Notes under the pieces: model-generated
Told to the model about the DNA's origin: nothing
The model's input: only the letters and a program-made list of their open reading frames with translations
Database searches by the model: none
Translations under genes and position numbers: made by a program
Shown here: in pieces, positions 25,538-39,143 of the stretch
Layout of the letters: each line of letters opens with the position of its first letter
Numbering within the stretch: the first letter of the stretch is position 1
NCBI RefSeq assembly: GCF_006345805.1
Contig: NC_043013.1
Coordinates: forward strand, 28,396,001 to 28,460,000
From: Octopus sinensis
Lineage: Eukaryota
Length of the DNA stretch: 64,000 nt
Direction: 5' to 3'

Positions 25538-26216
25538 AGTCTTTTGTCAACTTCTTGGGAAATTCCAGATTTGGTATCTTCTCTTATGGTGGAGAATATT
25601 TCTTCCGTCTAAACTTCTGATTCTTTGACTGAACCAAAAAGAAGAAAACAGGAAAAGATTGCGACATGCAATATTTAAATGATTGCTGCTGTCTGTCTTT
25701 CTAATCAAACCTTTTCATTTCTCTTTGGTATTTATAAATATTTCAATCATGACAATATTTTCCTTGAAAATCTGTGAAATTTTATCTTTCGAAACTTTTC
25801 AATGTGTGTTTTTTTTTCTTTTGTTTTTTGTTTTTTTAATTTTTAAAAATATTTTTGATATTTTTATTATTTTTGAAATTCCCTTTTTATTGCCTGTCAC
25901 TGTTTTCAAGTAGACAAAAATGATTGACAATGAATTAAAGCGAGTCATTTCTCATTGTTAATGTGTGTGTATGTGTGTGTGTGTGTAATGTACATATATA
26001 CATAAATATACACATACATACATATATATATTTATATATATGATGATATGTATATATGAATGTGTATGTGTATGTATGTACATAAATATATGTATGTGTG
26101 TATATATATATATATATATATGTGTTTGCCTATGACTATGTGTTTGTATACATGCATATGTATCTAATCTGTTCTGCCTGTATGATTGTTATAAATTTAT
26201 GCATATATATATATAC

Positions 26217-26279
<63 letters not shown>

Positions 26280-26334
26280 TATACATACATATATATATAT
26301 ACATATATATATACATATATATATATATATATGT

Positions 26335-26650
26335 GAGGGCGCGTGGCTTAGTGGTTAGGGCATTCGGCTCATGATCGTAAGGTGTGAGTTCGATTCCCAG
26401 CGACGCGTTGTGTCCCTGAGCAAGACACTTTATTTCACGTTGCTCCAGTCCACTCAGCTGGCAAAAATGAGTTGTACTTGTATTTCAAAGGGTCAGCCTT
26501 GTCACTCTCTGTGTCACGCTGATTTTCCCCGAGAACTACGTTAAGGGTACACGTGTCTGTGGAATGCTCAGCCATTTGCACGTTAATTTCACGAGCAAGC
26601 TGTTCCATTGATCGTATCAGCTGGGACCCTCGTCGTCGTAACCGCGGAGT
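26335..26650 (+). mobile_element. SINE family B variant
   Basis: gagggcgcgtggcttagtggttagggc A box, agttcgattccc B box, gtccctgagcaagacac central motif. Confidence 0.85.
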
Positions 26651-26655
26651 CTATT

Positions 26656-26704
<49 letters not shown>

Positions 26705-26764
26705 TATATATACCACACATATATATACATATATATATATATACATATACATACATATATGCAT

Positions 26765-26820
<56 letters not shown>

Positions 26821-27454
26821 TCTCTATTTCATATATTGAGTGCTCCCTTTTTCATTGACTATGAACTACATCCAATCACACACACACACACACACACATG
26901 CATACACACTCACGCATAAATAATACAAAGAAAGACAGAAACGTCGTAAGCAATAGCAGTCGTCTTCTTCATCAGTTAAGTCAGAAACACTACTTCGTGT
27001 AGATACCCCTTCCAATCATAGACTTCTATTTATTTACTTGTATTGGAGATATTTCTTTTTTTTCCCCTCCTCATATTTTCTTGTGTTTTATTTAAAAATT
27101 GATTAACCAACTATATTTGTAGCAAACTGCATATATCTAGCAACCAATTTCTTTTTCATGTGCCATAAAAAAAGGAAATTGATCGAACATAATTAAAACA
27201 TTGCAATTTTGAATCAAAATCTACATGTCTAAATTATATTTGTAATACAAGCGAAAAATCCAGATTATTATTATTATCATTATTATTATGATTATTATTA
27301 ACATATATTTATTTGTTTACTTTTAATATATTTATTTGTCTACTTTTTTCTATGCAATTGAAAAAGACAATTATTTTGAAAAAATAAGTAAGAAGAATTA
27401 CATATATCAAATGCTAAAAGGTTGAATTTCCATTATGAATAAGATATATATATA

Positions 27455-27499
<45 letters not shown>

Positions 27500-27769
27500 G
27501 TATGTATAATTTTTTTATTTTGGTCTTCTTCAATTATGTGTGTATTTTTTTTTCTGTTGCATGAAAGCATTAATCTATTAAGTTTCTGTAATGAAAGTTC
27601 AATATAAAACAGATAAGAAAATTATATTTATGAAAATAGTACAACAACAAAAAATAAAAAAGAAAACAGAAACTGATTCTTCAAATGAAAAAATATACAA
27701 TTGAATTGAGATATATAACGAGAACAATACATATATATGTGTGTGTGTGTGTATGTGTCTGTTCATGTG

Positions 27770-27817
<48 letters not shown>

Positions 27818-27887
27818 CCTACCTACCTACCTACCTACCTACCTACCTCCTACCTACCTATCTATCTATCTATCTATCTACTATCTA

Positions 27888-27952
<65 letters not shown>

Positions 27953-28329
27953 CATACATGTGTACATGTATACATATTTATGTGTGTGTATATATAAACA
28001 TGTATTATATATATATATGTGTGTGTGTGTATTTGTGAAGTGGCAGAGGTGTTAGAGTGTTCGACTGGATGCTTCATGGTATCATGGTATAATTGCTCCG
28101 ACTCTTTGCGTTCTGGGTTCCAATCCTGCCAAACCCAACTTTGTTTTTCATCTTCTCAGGGTCCGGTGTAGTGGATTAGCATACTTATTAGAGCATTGAC
28201 AAAGATGTCTTGCAGTATTTCTTCCTGCTCTTTTTTTTCTAAACTTACATCCTCCCCCTATTAGAGAATGGAGTTACAACTGACTGATAGTATCAAGAAT
28301 TAGGAAAGGCAATGAAAATATAATTCCCA

Positions 28330-28950
28330 AGGTTTGATCAGAAGATCACCATCTCAGCCCTCACACCCTACATCTGGAACATATCCCACTGCTTCCCTTC
28401 ATACTCAGCATCCTGACTCTCTGCCTCTCCAGTGTGCCATCTACTAATTCTACTTCTTCCAATCTGGCCTTGACATCTCTGGTTTTTTCCCTCTCCCATC
28501 CCTTCCTTCTATTAAGCATGTCTACAACCTATGCAGCCTCCTCATCCACAGCTCTTCCTTTTCCACATCCTATCCGCCACCTGGATCTCCAATCTCTGCT
28601 TCCATACCCACCCTTTCCCAACACCACCCATACATGAACCAACCACTCTACCTTCCACATTAAGGGCATTTTCTGGTGCCCTTCATATAGACACTCCAAT
28701 GTCTCCACAGCATGTCTGTTTACATTGGGCAAACCGGCTGCAGTTGTCTAACAACTTCGTAGAGAACCCGAGAGACCTACATTGATATCTTGATATCTCT
28801 ACCCCACTGATCACTCCATGAAATATTTCTCGGTCCTTAGCTTGGCCTCCAGCATGGGATCTTCAACTACTTGCTTCCAGAAGGGACAGGAATTCATCTT
28901 TTTTGTCAAAACTTACATGTCTTTTGGTCCAAATTCACCCCTTCAGTTTT
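28330..28950 (+). mobile_element. Penelope-like element relic (GIY-YIG endonuclease region)
   Basis: Frameshifted translation includes MSVYIGQTG and FQKGQEFIFFVKTYMSFGPNS, resembling the PLE YIG.TG and KE..WI..L.T..P.GLN motifs. Confidence 0.7.
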
Positions 28951-30771
28951 CCTTACTTGTACTCCCCTCACCTACTTTAGAATTACATACAGCATTCCCT
29001 GCTTCCTTCTCTTCTTCAATCCTCCCTTTCATCTCCACCTATACCTCACTCTAGCACTTGCAGCTCATCCTCCCTCACTACCCATATTTCACTCCTCACC
29101 ACATCACACTCACTCGCATCTCTGTACACATTAACACAGCTTTTATATACACGTGTACATACCCCTCTTAGGCCACCCCTCCTTCACATTCACATCTTTC
29201 ACTTATGTACACATACGCACACACATTCATACTCATTGGTTCACCTATCCATATTGTGTGTGTGTGTGCGTGTGTGTGTTTGTATCTCTGAATTGAAATT
29301 ACATAATAATTGTAAATGATTGTCACTGTCAAGCAAGGAGTGTCCTTTATTTTCAATCTTCTGTGAAAACATGCCTAGTCATGAGGAAATATTACCTTGC
29401 TTGGAAACAGGTGAGGGTTTTTGACAGGAAGGGCATCCAGCTGTAGAAAATCCACCTCAACGAATTCTGTCTGATCCATGCAAGGATGGGAGAGTGGTCA
29501 GTAAAACAATGAAGATGATGATGGTGATGGTAAATAGCACAACCACACGTGTGCATATGTGTGTGTTTGAGTCTCTTTACTTTGACATCTCACAATTATT
29601 GTAAACAAGCATGAATGTCAAACAGGTAATATTCTTTGTTTCCAGTATGGTGAAAATGAATCCAGTCATGGTGATATTACCTTTTTGGAAGCAAGTGAGG
29701 GTTGGTAACAGGAAGAGTATCCAGCTATAGAACACCTGCCTCAATATTTTCTCATCTATGCAAGCATGGAAAAGGGTACCTTAACAATGATGACACATGC
29801 ATGCATGCATACATACATACATACATACATACATACATACATACAAAAATGCATACACACAAACAAAAATACATACGCACAAAAATACATACATACATAG
29901 TTCAGGTTCATAACTGTAATTATTGTGGCCCTGGGGTATGTAACACACTGCCTAAATACCAATCTTGAGAAATTAGGCTTCTCAAAACCAGAAAGGAGAA
30001 AGCTGATTCAAAGACTACAGATCCAATCCTTCAGTGGAACTGTGAAAATCTGTAAAACTTTCCAGAAGTTTATCATTTAAATATATATGAGTATGTCTAG
30101 ATATACAATTATATGCAATGCATGAGAATACATACATAAAACAAACAAATCTACACATACATGCATGCATGCATCCATCCATCCATACATACACACACAC
30201 ACATACATACATACATACATACATACATACATACATACATACATACATACATACTAAAATACCCTGTTGTTGATGTTGAAATTCCAATGAAGGAACCTTG
30301 GATCTAGGTTAGGAACTAGTTTTTTCACTATTGGCAAGAAATCTTGAAATAGACTGAATAATGACATACATGCATACAAGATACGCAAGCATATTCATGA
30401 GAAGACATACATAAAACAAAACATACAAATCTGCACATATACATACATACATGCAAAAATACCCTGTTGTTAATGTTGAAATTCCAATGAAAGCGCCTTG
30501 AATCTAGGTTAGAAACTGGCTCTTTCTCTATTGACAAGAAATATTGAAATAAACCTGAATAATGACATACATACATACATGCATGCACACACACTCACAG
30601 GTGCTGAGGGACAATGCAAGCAGACAATTTATTGTCAGAAGGTGACCACAACAGTACTGCTTGTAAATGACCTTTATAGAAGCACAAATGTGAACAGAGA
30701 TACGCATGGATGAAAGAATTGAAGTCTTAAGTTTTAGATTTATCTGAGCACAGCCCGGTGACTATATATAC

Positions 30772-31318
30772 CAGTGTTGGCCAACCTGAGGTCCACAGGC
30801 CGCATGCAGCCTGCAGACTTTTATTTTGCAGCCCACTTGATACTTTCTTGAAATGCGTTTATTTAATCCTTTTGTTACCAACCCGGCTGAAACCGGCTCT
30901 GAGTACAAATGTCTTGTTTTCATAAGTTTTGAATTAAAATCTTCCACCAAACCTTAGTCACAATTTATGTTCCTATCACTAGCTTAATGATAACTAAGTT
31001 ATTTTACTAAATTCTTTGTTATAGTCAAAGTAATTGAAAGAAACACAGATCATCTCAAAATAAATATAGTAACAAAAGGGTTAAATAAATATTTAAAAAT
31101 TTTATCAAAAATTAAAGATTTTAATGAAAAGTAAAAAAGAAAGATACTATTGATTTTGCAATGATAATATTTCATGTTGAATCTACGATCATTCATTCAT
31201 TATTGTAATAATAGCATGAGAAAGTAAAATGTTCTCAATTCTGTCAGTATACAAGTGCCCTCAAAAAACATTCTGTGATTAAAGTGGCCAGCAATATAAT
31301 TCAAGTTGGCCAGGCCTG
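30772..31318. mobile_element. hAT-like MITE containing a nested piggyBac-like MITE
   Basis: TIRs CAGTGTTGGCCAAC / GTTGGCCAGGCCTG. 8-bp flanks atatatac / atctatac (7/8 identical). Confidence 0.75.
30867..31080. mobile_element. piggyBac-like MITE (same family as 16975-17192, reverse orientation)
   Basis: TTAA at 30863-30866 and 31081-31084. Confidence 0.8.
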
Positions 31319-31671
31319 ATCTATACCATACTTACTTCAGCATTCTCTAATATATTATGTGTGTGTGTGTGTGTGTTATATCTTTTACTTGTTTCAGTCA
31401 TTGGACTGCAGCCATGTTAGAGCATTGCTTGGAAGGGGCTTAGTTGAATAAATTGAACCCATTACTTATTGTCTCCTTTGAAGCCTGGTACTTATTCTAT
31501 CATGCCTGTTGCCAAACTGCTAATGTATGGGGACATAAACAAACCAACACCAGTTGTCAAGTAGTGGTAGGTGACAAACACAAAAATACAGTGGAATCAA
31601 CAAAAGAAAAACTACTCCATCTGGCGAGAGATAAATATGTAATATACATGAGGAAGGCAGTGAGCTGGTGT

Positions 31672-31915
31672 GGAGGTGCATGGCTTAGTGGTTAGGGTGT
31701 TGGACTAATGATTGTAAGATTGTGGTTTCGATTCCTGGACTAGGCAACATGTTGTGTTTTTGGACAAGACACTTCATTTCATGTTGCTCCAGTCCACTCA
31801 ACTGACAAAAATGTGCAATCCTGCAATGGACCAGGTTCCTGTCCAGTTACAGAATATATATGCCATGGAAATCGGGAAACTGGCCCTTATGAGTCAGTAT
31901 AACTTAAGGAGATAA
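31672..31915 (+). mobile_element. SINE family B variant
   Basis: ggaggtgcatggcttagtggttaggg head and ggtttcgattcct B box. Confidence 0.75.
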
Positions 31916-32281
31916 CTTTACCATTACTTTTCTCAGCGAACTGACAGAATCATTAGCATGCTGAAAAAAATGCTTAGCAGTAATTTGTCCATCTTTATGT
32001 TCTGAGTTCAAATCCCACCAAGGTCAACATTACCTTTCATCTTTTTGGGGGTCAATAAAATAAGTACCAGTTGAACACTTGGGTCAATATAATCAATTTA
32101 CCCTGCTCCCCTGAAATTGCTGGCTTTGTGCCGACATTTGAAACCAATATATGCAGGCTTTAAAATTCAGTTACTCTGAGTTTCATGCTTATGGTATATA
32201 CTATAGTCAGACAAGTTTGTACAGTAATCCCTCGACTATTGCAGGTGTTACGTTCCAAAACCTCCCACAGAAATAATTAAA

Positions 32282-32490
32282 AGGCAGCAAGCTGGCAGAA
32301 ACGTTAACACACCGAGTGAAATGCTTAGTGATATCTCGTCTGTTTTTACATTCTGAGTTCAAATTCCGCTGAGGTTGACTTTGCTTTCATCCTTTCGGGG
32401 TCGATAAATTAAGTATCAGTTACACACTGGGGTCGATGTAATCGACTTAATAACTTTGCCTGTCCTTGTTCAGCCCCTTGTGGGCAATAA
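32282..32490 (+). mobile_element. SINE family C
   Basis: ggcagcaagctggcagaaacgttaac...gagttcaaattccgctgaggttgactttgctttcatcctttcggggtcgataaa. Confidence 0.8.
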
Positions 32491-33388
32491 AGAAATGAGA
32501 AATAATTAAAATCCAAAAAAATATAAATACCTATCGGCCACAGAATCCCAGATATATTGAGGAGTCCGTGATATAAATTTACATATATTAGCCAGAAAAA
32601 TCCACGATGTACTCTGTGCATGATAGGTGAATCACGATGTACTGAGGGTGCAATAGGTGAAGTGCAATACGGTGAAGGCTTATTGGATAGCATAATATGT
32701 ACTGTTGGGATATTTGTGAGACTGAGAATCTGAAAGATTGCTTGATAGAACATCATGCTATAGAAGCTTGTCAGACTATTGTACTATCTTAAGCATGAAA
32801 CTTACAGTAGCTCAGTTTTAAATCCTGTGAGTATTAAATGACATATATATGTTTGAATAGACACACACACATGCAGGCATATGTATGTGCATGCACACAT
32901 GCACACACGTATTTCAAGTCTATAAATGGTGTGCTGTTGTCCTTTGATGTATATAATTTCCTTAATCTACTATTTACATACATGTGTTTATTCACACGTA
33001 CACTTATGTGTGTATACATTCACATGCCTCCTCACCCATATACTTTCACACATTCGCACACATATCTTTCTATTCATCTCTCTCTCTCTCTCTCACTTCA
33101 TCTGTGTGTGTATCAGAATATGTGTGCTTGCTTCTATACATACATACATACACACATACATACATAGACACACATATACATACGTACATACATACATACA
33201 TATACATACATACATACATACATACATACACACATACATACATACACACACATATACATACGTATGTACATACATACATACATACACACATACATACATA
33301 CATACACACACATATACATACGTACATACATACATACATACAAAAATACATACATACATACACTTATGAAAAAGGCATAAATAGATTG

Positions 33389-33424
<36 letters not shown>

Positions 33425-33719
33425 TCATATCATTTGCCTGTTATTTTGGAGTAAGGTTTCTTTATTACACCTCCCCCTGCAACACCCCCAAAAAAATTCT
33501 GAAACTCCTGTATTACTTAATCCCATTTAATCTCAAAGCTTGCTTTTACACATACAGCTTTATGGAATTCTGTTTTTTTTTTTAAAGAAGCATATTATTT
33601 CAGGAAGAATTTACTGAGTATATTAGGGTTCTGGGGTGGGTTAGGGGTGGGGAGGGAGTTGGGGTGCCATCATCATCATCATCATAATTGTCATCATAAT
33701 CATCATCATTGATTTATCA

Positions 33720-34050
33720 TTGTCAGCAGCATCATAATTATCTGTCCCTACACCTCCTCTCTCTCTTTCCCTCCTCCCCTCTGCCTCATCTTTCCCTCCT
33801 CCTCCTCCACTTTACTTCTCTACCCACCCTCCTCTTTTCCTCCACCACTTTTACTCCTCCCGTTTCCTCCTCTTCCTCATTTCCTCCTCTTCCTTTCCCT
33901 CCTCCCATCCACTTTTCTCCTCCTCTTTCTTCCTCTTCCTCATTTCTTCCTCCTCTTCCTCATTTCTTCCTCCTCTTCCTCTTTTCTTCCTCCTCTTTTC
34001 ATCCTCAGCTTCTCCTCTTCTCCTCCCCTCCTTCCCACCTTCGCCTCCCC
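33720..34050. repeat. Polypyrimidine/polypurine (CCT/TCT)-rich tract
   Basis: Strong strand asymmetry, with degenerate ttcctcctctt repeats. Confidence 0.8.
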
Positions 34051-34308
34051 CATCAACTCCAGGCTGGCACAAGGCCTGAAATTTTGTGGGGAGAAGGTAA
34101 GTTGATTACATTGACCCCAGTGTTTCACTGGTACTTATTTCATCGACCCCGAAAGGATGAAAGGCAAAGTCGACCTCAGTGGAATTTGAACTCCAAATGT
34201 GAAGACAGGTGACCTGCCACTAAGCACTTTGCCCAGTGTGCTAACAATTCTGCCAGCTCACTACTTTAATAATAATAATAATATAATAATAATAATAATA
34301 ATAATAAT

Positions 34309-34676
34309 AAGAGCATTCAGAGAGTGCAAACCTCTGCCAAGGTAACACCATCGTCTTCTCAATGATTAGCCAGAGATGATTTTTTAAAATCAGAATATCT
34401 GAAATAAACTCGACTGCTCTCACAAATGAGAATACTAAAAAATGAACCCAACTGCTCTCAAAAATTAAATTAAAAAAACCCCAGAAAAATGATCCAGAAT
34501 CCTTGTCTGGTACCAGATCAATCCCCAAATCTAACCAGTTTGTGCCAGTCGTGATGCCAAACATCCCTGAAAGTTTCATCTGAATCCATCCAGCAGTTCT
34601 TGAGATATCTTGTCCATGGACAAACAAACAAATATGACTGAAAACAATACCTCTGCTTTCGCTAAGGCAGATGTAA
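34309..34676 (+). mobile_element. Family E HINE-like element (copy 2)
   Basis: Starts aagagcattcagagagtgcaaacctctgccaagg and ends acctctgctttcgctaaggcagatgtaa; preceded by (TAA)n. Confidence 0.6.
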
Positions 34677-34814
34677 TGGTAATAAATAATTCTTTCTTTA
34701 TTGGCCACAAGGGCTGCAAAAACATTTAGGACAAATCAAACAGAAAAAGCCATTTGGGGTTTACATAGAAATGCATCAACAGTAAAACATTATCAGTTTG
34801 CAAAAAATCTTAGC

Positions 34815-35075
34815 AAACAAAATTCCCAATAGGTTGAATGTCACTCAAGGCCAACCAAAGAACTCGATAGACCCCAGACCACTGGAAGTAGCATTGCAAC
34901 TGCTCCTCTCTCTCCTCTGAATTCCTCAGCTTATAGGGTGCCAGCTTAGAGTGGACCCACTCACATGAGCCATCCTCACCACAATCGCCCACCTTTCAAC
35001 AAATCTACTGGGGAGGCATCAGCATATCTCTCTCAACTCTCTCTTTCCATTTCAAATGGAATTTAAAAAGGTCCA
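34815..35075 (-). mobile_element. Possible L1/Tx1-like LINE 3' relic
   Basis: Frameshifted translation DLFKFHLKWKERVERDML...FVERWAIVVRMAHV resembles non-LTR ORF2 C-termini (from memory only). Confidence 0.3.
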
Positions 35076-36074
35076 GAGCCACAAAATTTTGTGGGTGGGG
35101 TGGAAAGTCAATTTGATCAACTATAGAGTTTCATTGATTGTTATCTCTCCCTCAAAAGGATGAAAGGCTAAGTCAACCCAGCAAGGATTTGAGCCTGTTT
35201 TCTGTTCAAATTAGTTTTCCTTTTCTTTCTTTCTTTCTTTTTTGCTTTCCGTTATCTCTTTCTGCCTTTTTTTTTTTACTTTGCTTGTTTCTGCCTTATT
35301 TCTTTCTCTTTTTTCCTTTTTTCTTTCCTCCCTCTTTTCTCCCTATCTCTGTTATAGAGTCCTTTCTTCCTTCCTTTCTTTCTTTCTTTCCTTTCTTTCT
35401 ATTTTTCTTTCTTTCTTTCTTTCTTTTCCATTCCTTCTTCCTTCTTTTGTTTGTTGGTTCCATCCATTCAACTGTGTTTCAACACTGTAAGTAAATGCAT
35501 CTCTCCTAACATTTATTGCTGTCTCAACAATCCCTCATCATCACAGTCATAATCCTCCTCCTCCTCCTCGTCATCATCACTATTGTTGTTACCACCTTCT
35601 TCTTCTTCACCGCTGTCATCACTACTATTGTCACCATCCTCCTCCTCATCATCACCATTTCCTTCTCCTTGGCAGCTTCTCCTCCTCGTCATCCTTCACC
35701 CCCATCTTTTCCTCCCCCCATCAATATTTCTATTGTTATTATTATTATCTCTGCTGCAAAATGCCACCGCATTAGTAAAACCGTCCTCCTCATCATCACC
35801 CCCTCATCCTACCTATCAGCATCATCATCATCATCATCATTTTAATTATCGCTCTATGCAGGCATGAATTATACAAACTTGATCACTAATCTGAAAGTAT
35901 ACAATTAAATAGTACTATATTTACACATAATCCCCACCCCCCATCCATCTTTTTTTTCTTTCTACTTCAGATTTTACTGTTTTGCTAAAATTCCACCATT
36001 TGAATTAATCATGTAACTGGGATCATGTCCCTCATACATGATTAATCCATGTGTTTCGGAACACAAACATTTAC

Positions 36075-36175
36075 CGATTTCATTATTCCGAATGATAATG
36101 CATGTTGATGTCGTAAACATTTTTGCAATTCTGAATCTGTTTCTTCTTCACTAAAATATGCACTACAAGAAAGCC
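36075..36175 (-). CDS. Candidate internal exon (phase 1 to 0): LSCSAYFSEEETDSELQKCLRHQHALSFGIMKS
   Basis: Acceptor ggatttagtttcag, donor TCG|gtaaat, 101 nt, open frame, purine-rich (gaagaagaa), unique sequence. Confidence 0.45.
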
Positions 36176-36221
36176 CTGAAACTAAATCCACAAAGCTAAT
36201 TAATTTATTTATTCATTTATA

Positions 36222-36283
<62 letters not shown>

Positions 36284-36436
36284 TATTATTATTAGGGTGG
36301 TATGTTGGCAGAATTGTTAGTATTAGAGACAAACTGCTCGGCAGCATTTCTTCTATATTATTACATTTGAAGTTCAAATTCCAGGATTGACTTTGCTTTT
36401 CATCCTTTTGAAGCTTGATAAAACAAGTTCTACAGT

Positions 36437-36595
36437 TCTATATTTGAGAGATGAGGAATTATGTACATTTGACGGATATTTGCCCTCATCTAGTTTGTTG
36501 TTAACCACTACGCCACATGCCCATAAGCATGTGGCGTAGTGGTTAAGAGTGTGAGCTATTTACCCCAAGATTCCAAGTTTGATTCCAGGCAGTCA

Positions 36596-36654
<59 letters not shown>

Positions 36655-36865
36655 TCAGAAAAATATCAGAAAAATACTTTAGGAATGAGAACCCTGGTTT
36701 GAAATTTCCCCAGAATGCTTGATGAAGGCTGGAGAGTAAATCAGCTGAAACATCGTGTTAACAACAAACAACATGACATAGTTCTATATTTAAGAGGTGA
36801 GGAATTATGTACATTATTTACATTATTTACATTTGCCGGATATTTGTCCTCATCTTGTTTGTTGA
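36437..36865. mobile_element. Composite tRNA-headed element with (TAA)n, a degenerate hammerhead-like core and inverted/direct terminal duplications
   Basis: Direct repeats at 36437-36504 and 36782-36865; perfect 20-bp hairpin at 36501-36546; tRNA-like head from 36527; TTGATGA-stem-GAAAC at 36719-36751. Confidence 0.6.
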
Positions 36866-36964
36866 GGACAAATATCTATCAAATGTAAATAATGTAAATA
36901 AAACAAGTACCATTGATTTGGCAGCAGTCAAATGACTGAAACAAATGAAAGAATAAAAGAATAT

Positions 36965-37003
<39 letters not shown>

Positions 37004-38862
37004 ACACACACACACACTTTATTTGTGGGTTAAGAAGGCAACCAGTGGTTTCATGTTCAAATTTACCACATGGATGTATTGCTACTCATCTCCATATTGG
37101 ATGAGAATACATGATGTTACACAAGACTGAATGGGATTTTGATATATATATATGTAGTGCAGTGTATGTCAACTGGGATTTTAAGATTCCCTCAATTGTT
37201 TATTCAACCAGTGGAGAAAGTTTTGCTTTCATAGTTTATGTAGGAAAATAGAAAGCAAGTTTCAACAAAAAGGCAGGTAATTATCATCATTTTATCATCC
37301 CCATTTTACACCTGCTCAACTATGGTGTGACAGGTTTTTTGAGGTAGCTGGATCTCCTTCTTGTTGCCAACCCTTTTAGATGCCTCCCACAACATGCAGA
37401 GACAGGGTGACCCTATTTTAAAACTAAGGATGCACTGGTAGAGTCAGTCAGCCAGTAGTTGTGCTTGCAAGTGAGGTTATGTGATTATATACATGATAAT
37501 AACTTAACAGAGTGTTAACGGAAAAGCAAAAAAAAAAATACTCAATACATGAGCAAGAGTAAATCATCATCATCATCACCATCATCACCATCATCACCAT
37601 CATCATCATGATCATCATGATCATCAGCATGTTTATCATCATTTAACTATAAATATTTAATATAAACCTCTGTGTCTGTGTATGTATGCACCTATCTACA
37701 TGCCTGTACATACCTTTAATGCATGAAGCAGTGTAAAACATAACATGATGTTTATCAATAATAATAAAAGATCTTATCAGCAACTGAACTGTGTCAAAGA
37801 ACATCAAATAAACAAATAAACAAACAAATAAATGTATAAAAATAAATAAATATGAAAAAAGAAACCCCCCAAAAATAAAAGAAACCCCCCAAAAATAAAA
37901 GAAACAAAATAAACTGTAGCGTTTGATATGGATAAATCAAAATAATACTTGTCAAGCATTTGGAATTGAAAAAAAAAACCAACCAAAAAACAAAAAAATT
38001 AAATATAAAGTTTTAGAACATAAAATGAATCAAGACTGAAAATGGCATTTGAAGATAAGAGTTGAAACGAACAACAAAGCAAGACAAAATTTATTTTGTA
38101 AAAAAAAAAAAACAACAACAAAAAACAAAAAGAAAACCGCTTGAAAAACAATAAATTTTATGAACCCCACCCCATCCCTTTGTTGAGGTTAGCTTTGCCT
38201 TTCATCCTTCCAGGGTTGACAAAATAAAGTACTGAAGTCAATTTAATTGACTGTACCCCCCCCCCCCCCCATCACCACCAACACCACCACCATCATCACC
38301 ATCCCAATTTCTGGTCTTGTGCCTTTATTGGAAGCAGTTATTGTTTCTGTGGTCTTATTTTTGATGTGATGTGCTTTCATTGCACAACCAAGTATAGTTT
38401 TGTTTTCTGTTTTGGGTTTATGCAGTATCTTTTATATTGTGTTGATGATATATTGCATAATAACGTGTGTGCAGTGACTAACAGGACTACTTTTCATTGA
38501 CGTTCTGTTTGCCATCATAAAAGAAAGTGAAAGTAAATAGTCCTAAAAAGTGAAAGTAAATTGTGATATTGTGATAGAAACCAGAAGCGACGATAGCGAT
38601 GGGTTTCCTATGTGGATCTCAGCAACTTTTGTATGCATGATGTTGTTAATCATTCATTCAATTTTGTTGATCCAAATGATAGCAGCATCCATGCACAAAC
38701 TATGTGTTGCCGAATATATTTAGATGTCATGAAATACTATTTATGAATCTCATTTCATGTATCAGTGATTATCAAATGTTTCTGTAACTGTGATTGCTTC
38801 CATCTTATATAAAATATATGTGCTTTTTTCATGTTATCTTAAATAAATGTACATTCTATACT

Positions 38863-39093
38863 CTCTTTTACTCTTTTACTTGTTTCAGTCATTTGACTGT
38901 GGTCATGCTGGAGCACCACTTTTAGTCGAGTAAATTGAGCCCAGGACTTATTCTTTGTAAGCCTAGTACTTATTCTATCGGTCTCTTTTGCCGAACCACT
39001 AATTTACGTGGATGTAAACACACCAACATTGGTTGTCAAGCGATGTTGGACGGACACACACACACACACACAAACATATACACACACATACAT

Positions 39094-39143
<50 letters not shown>

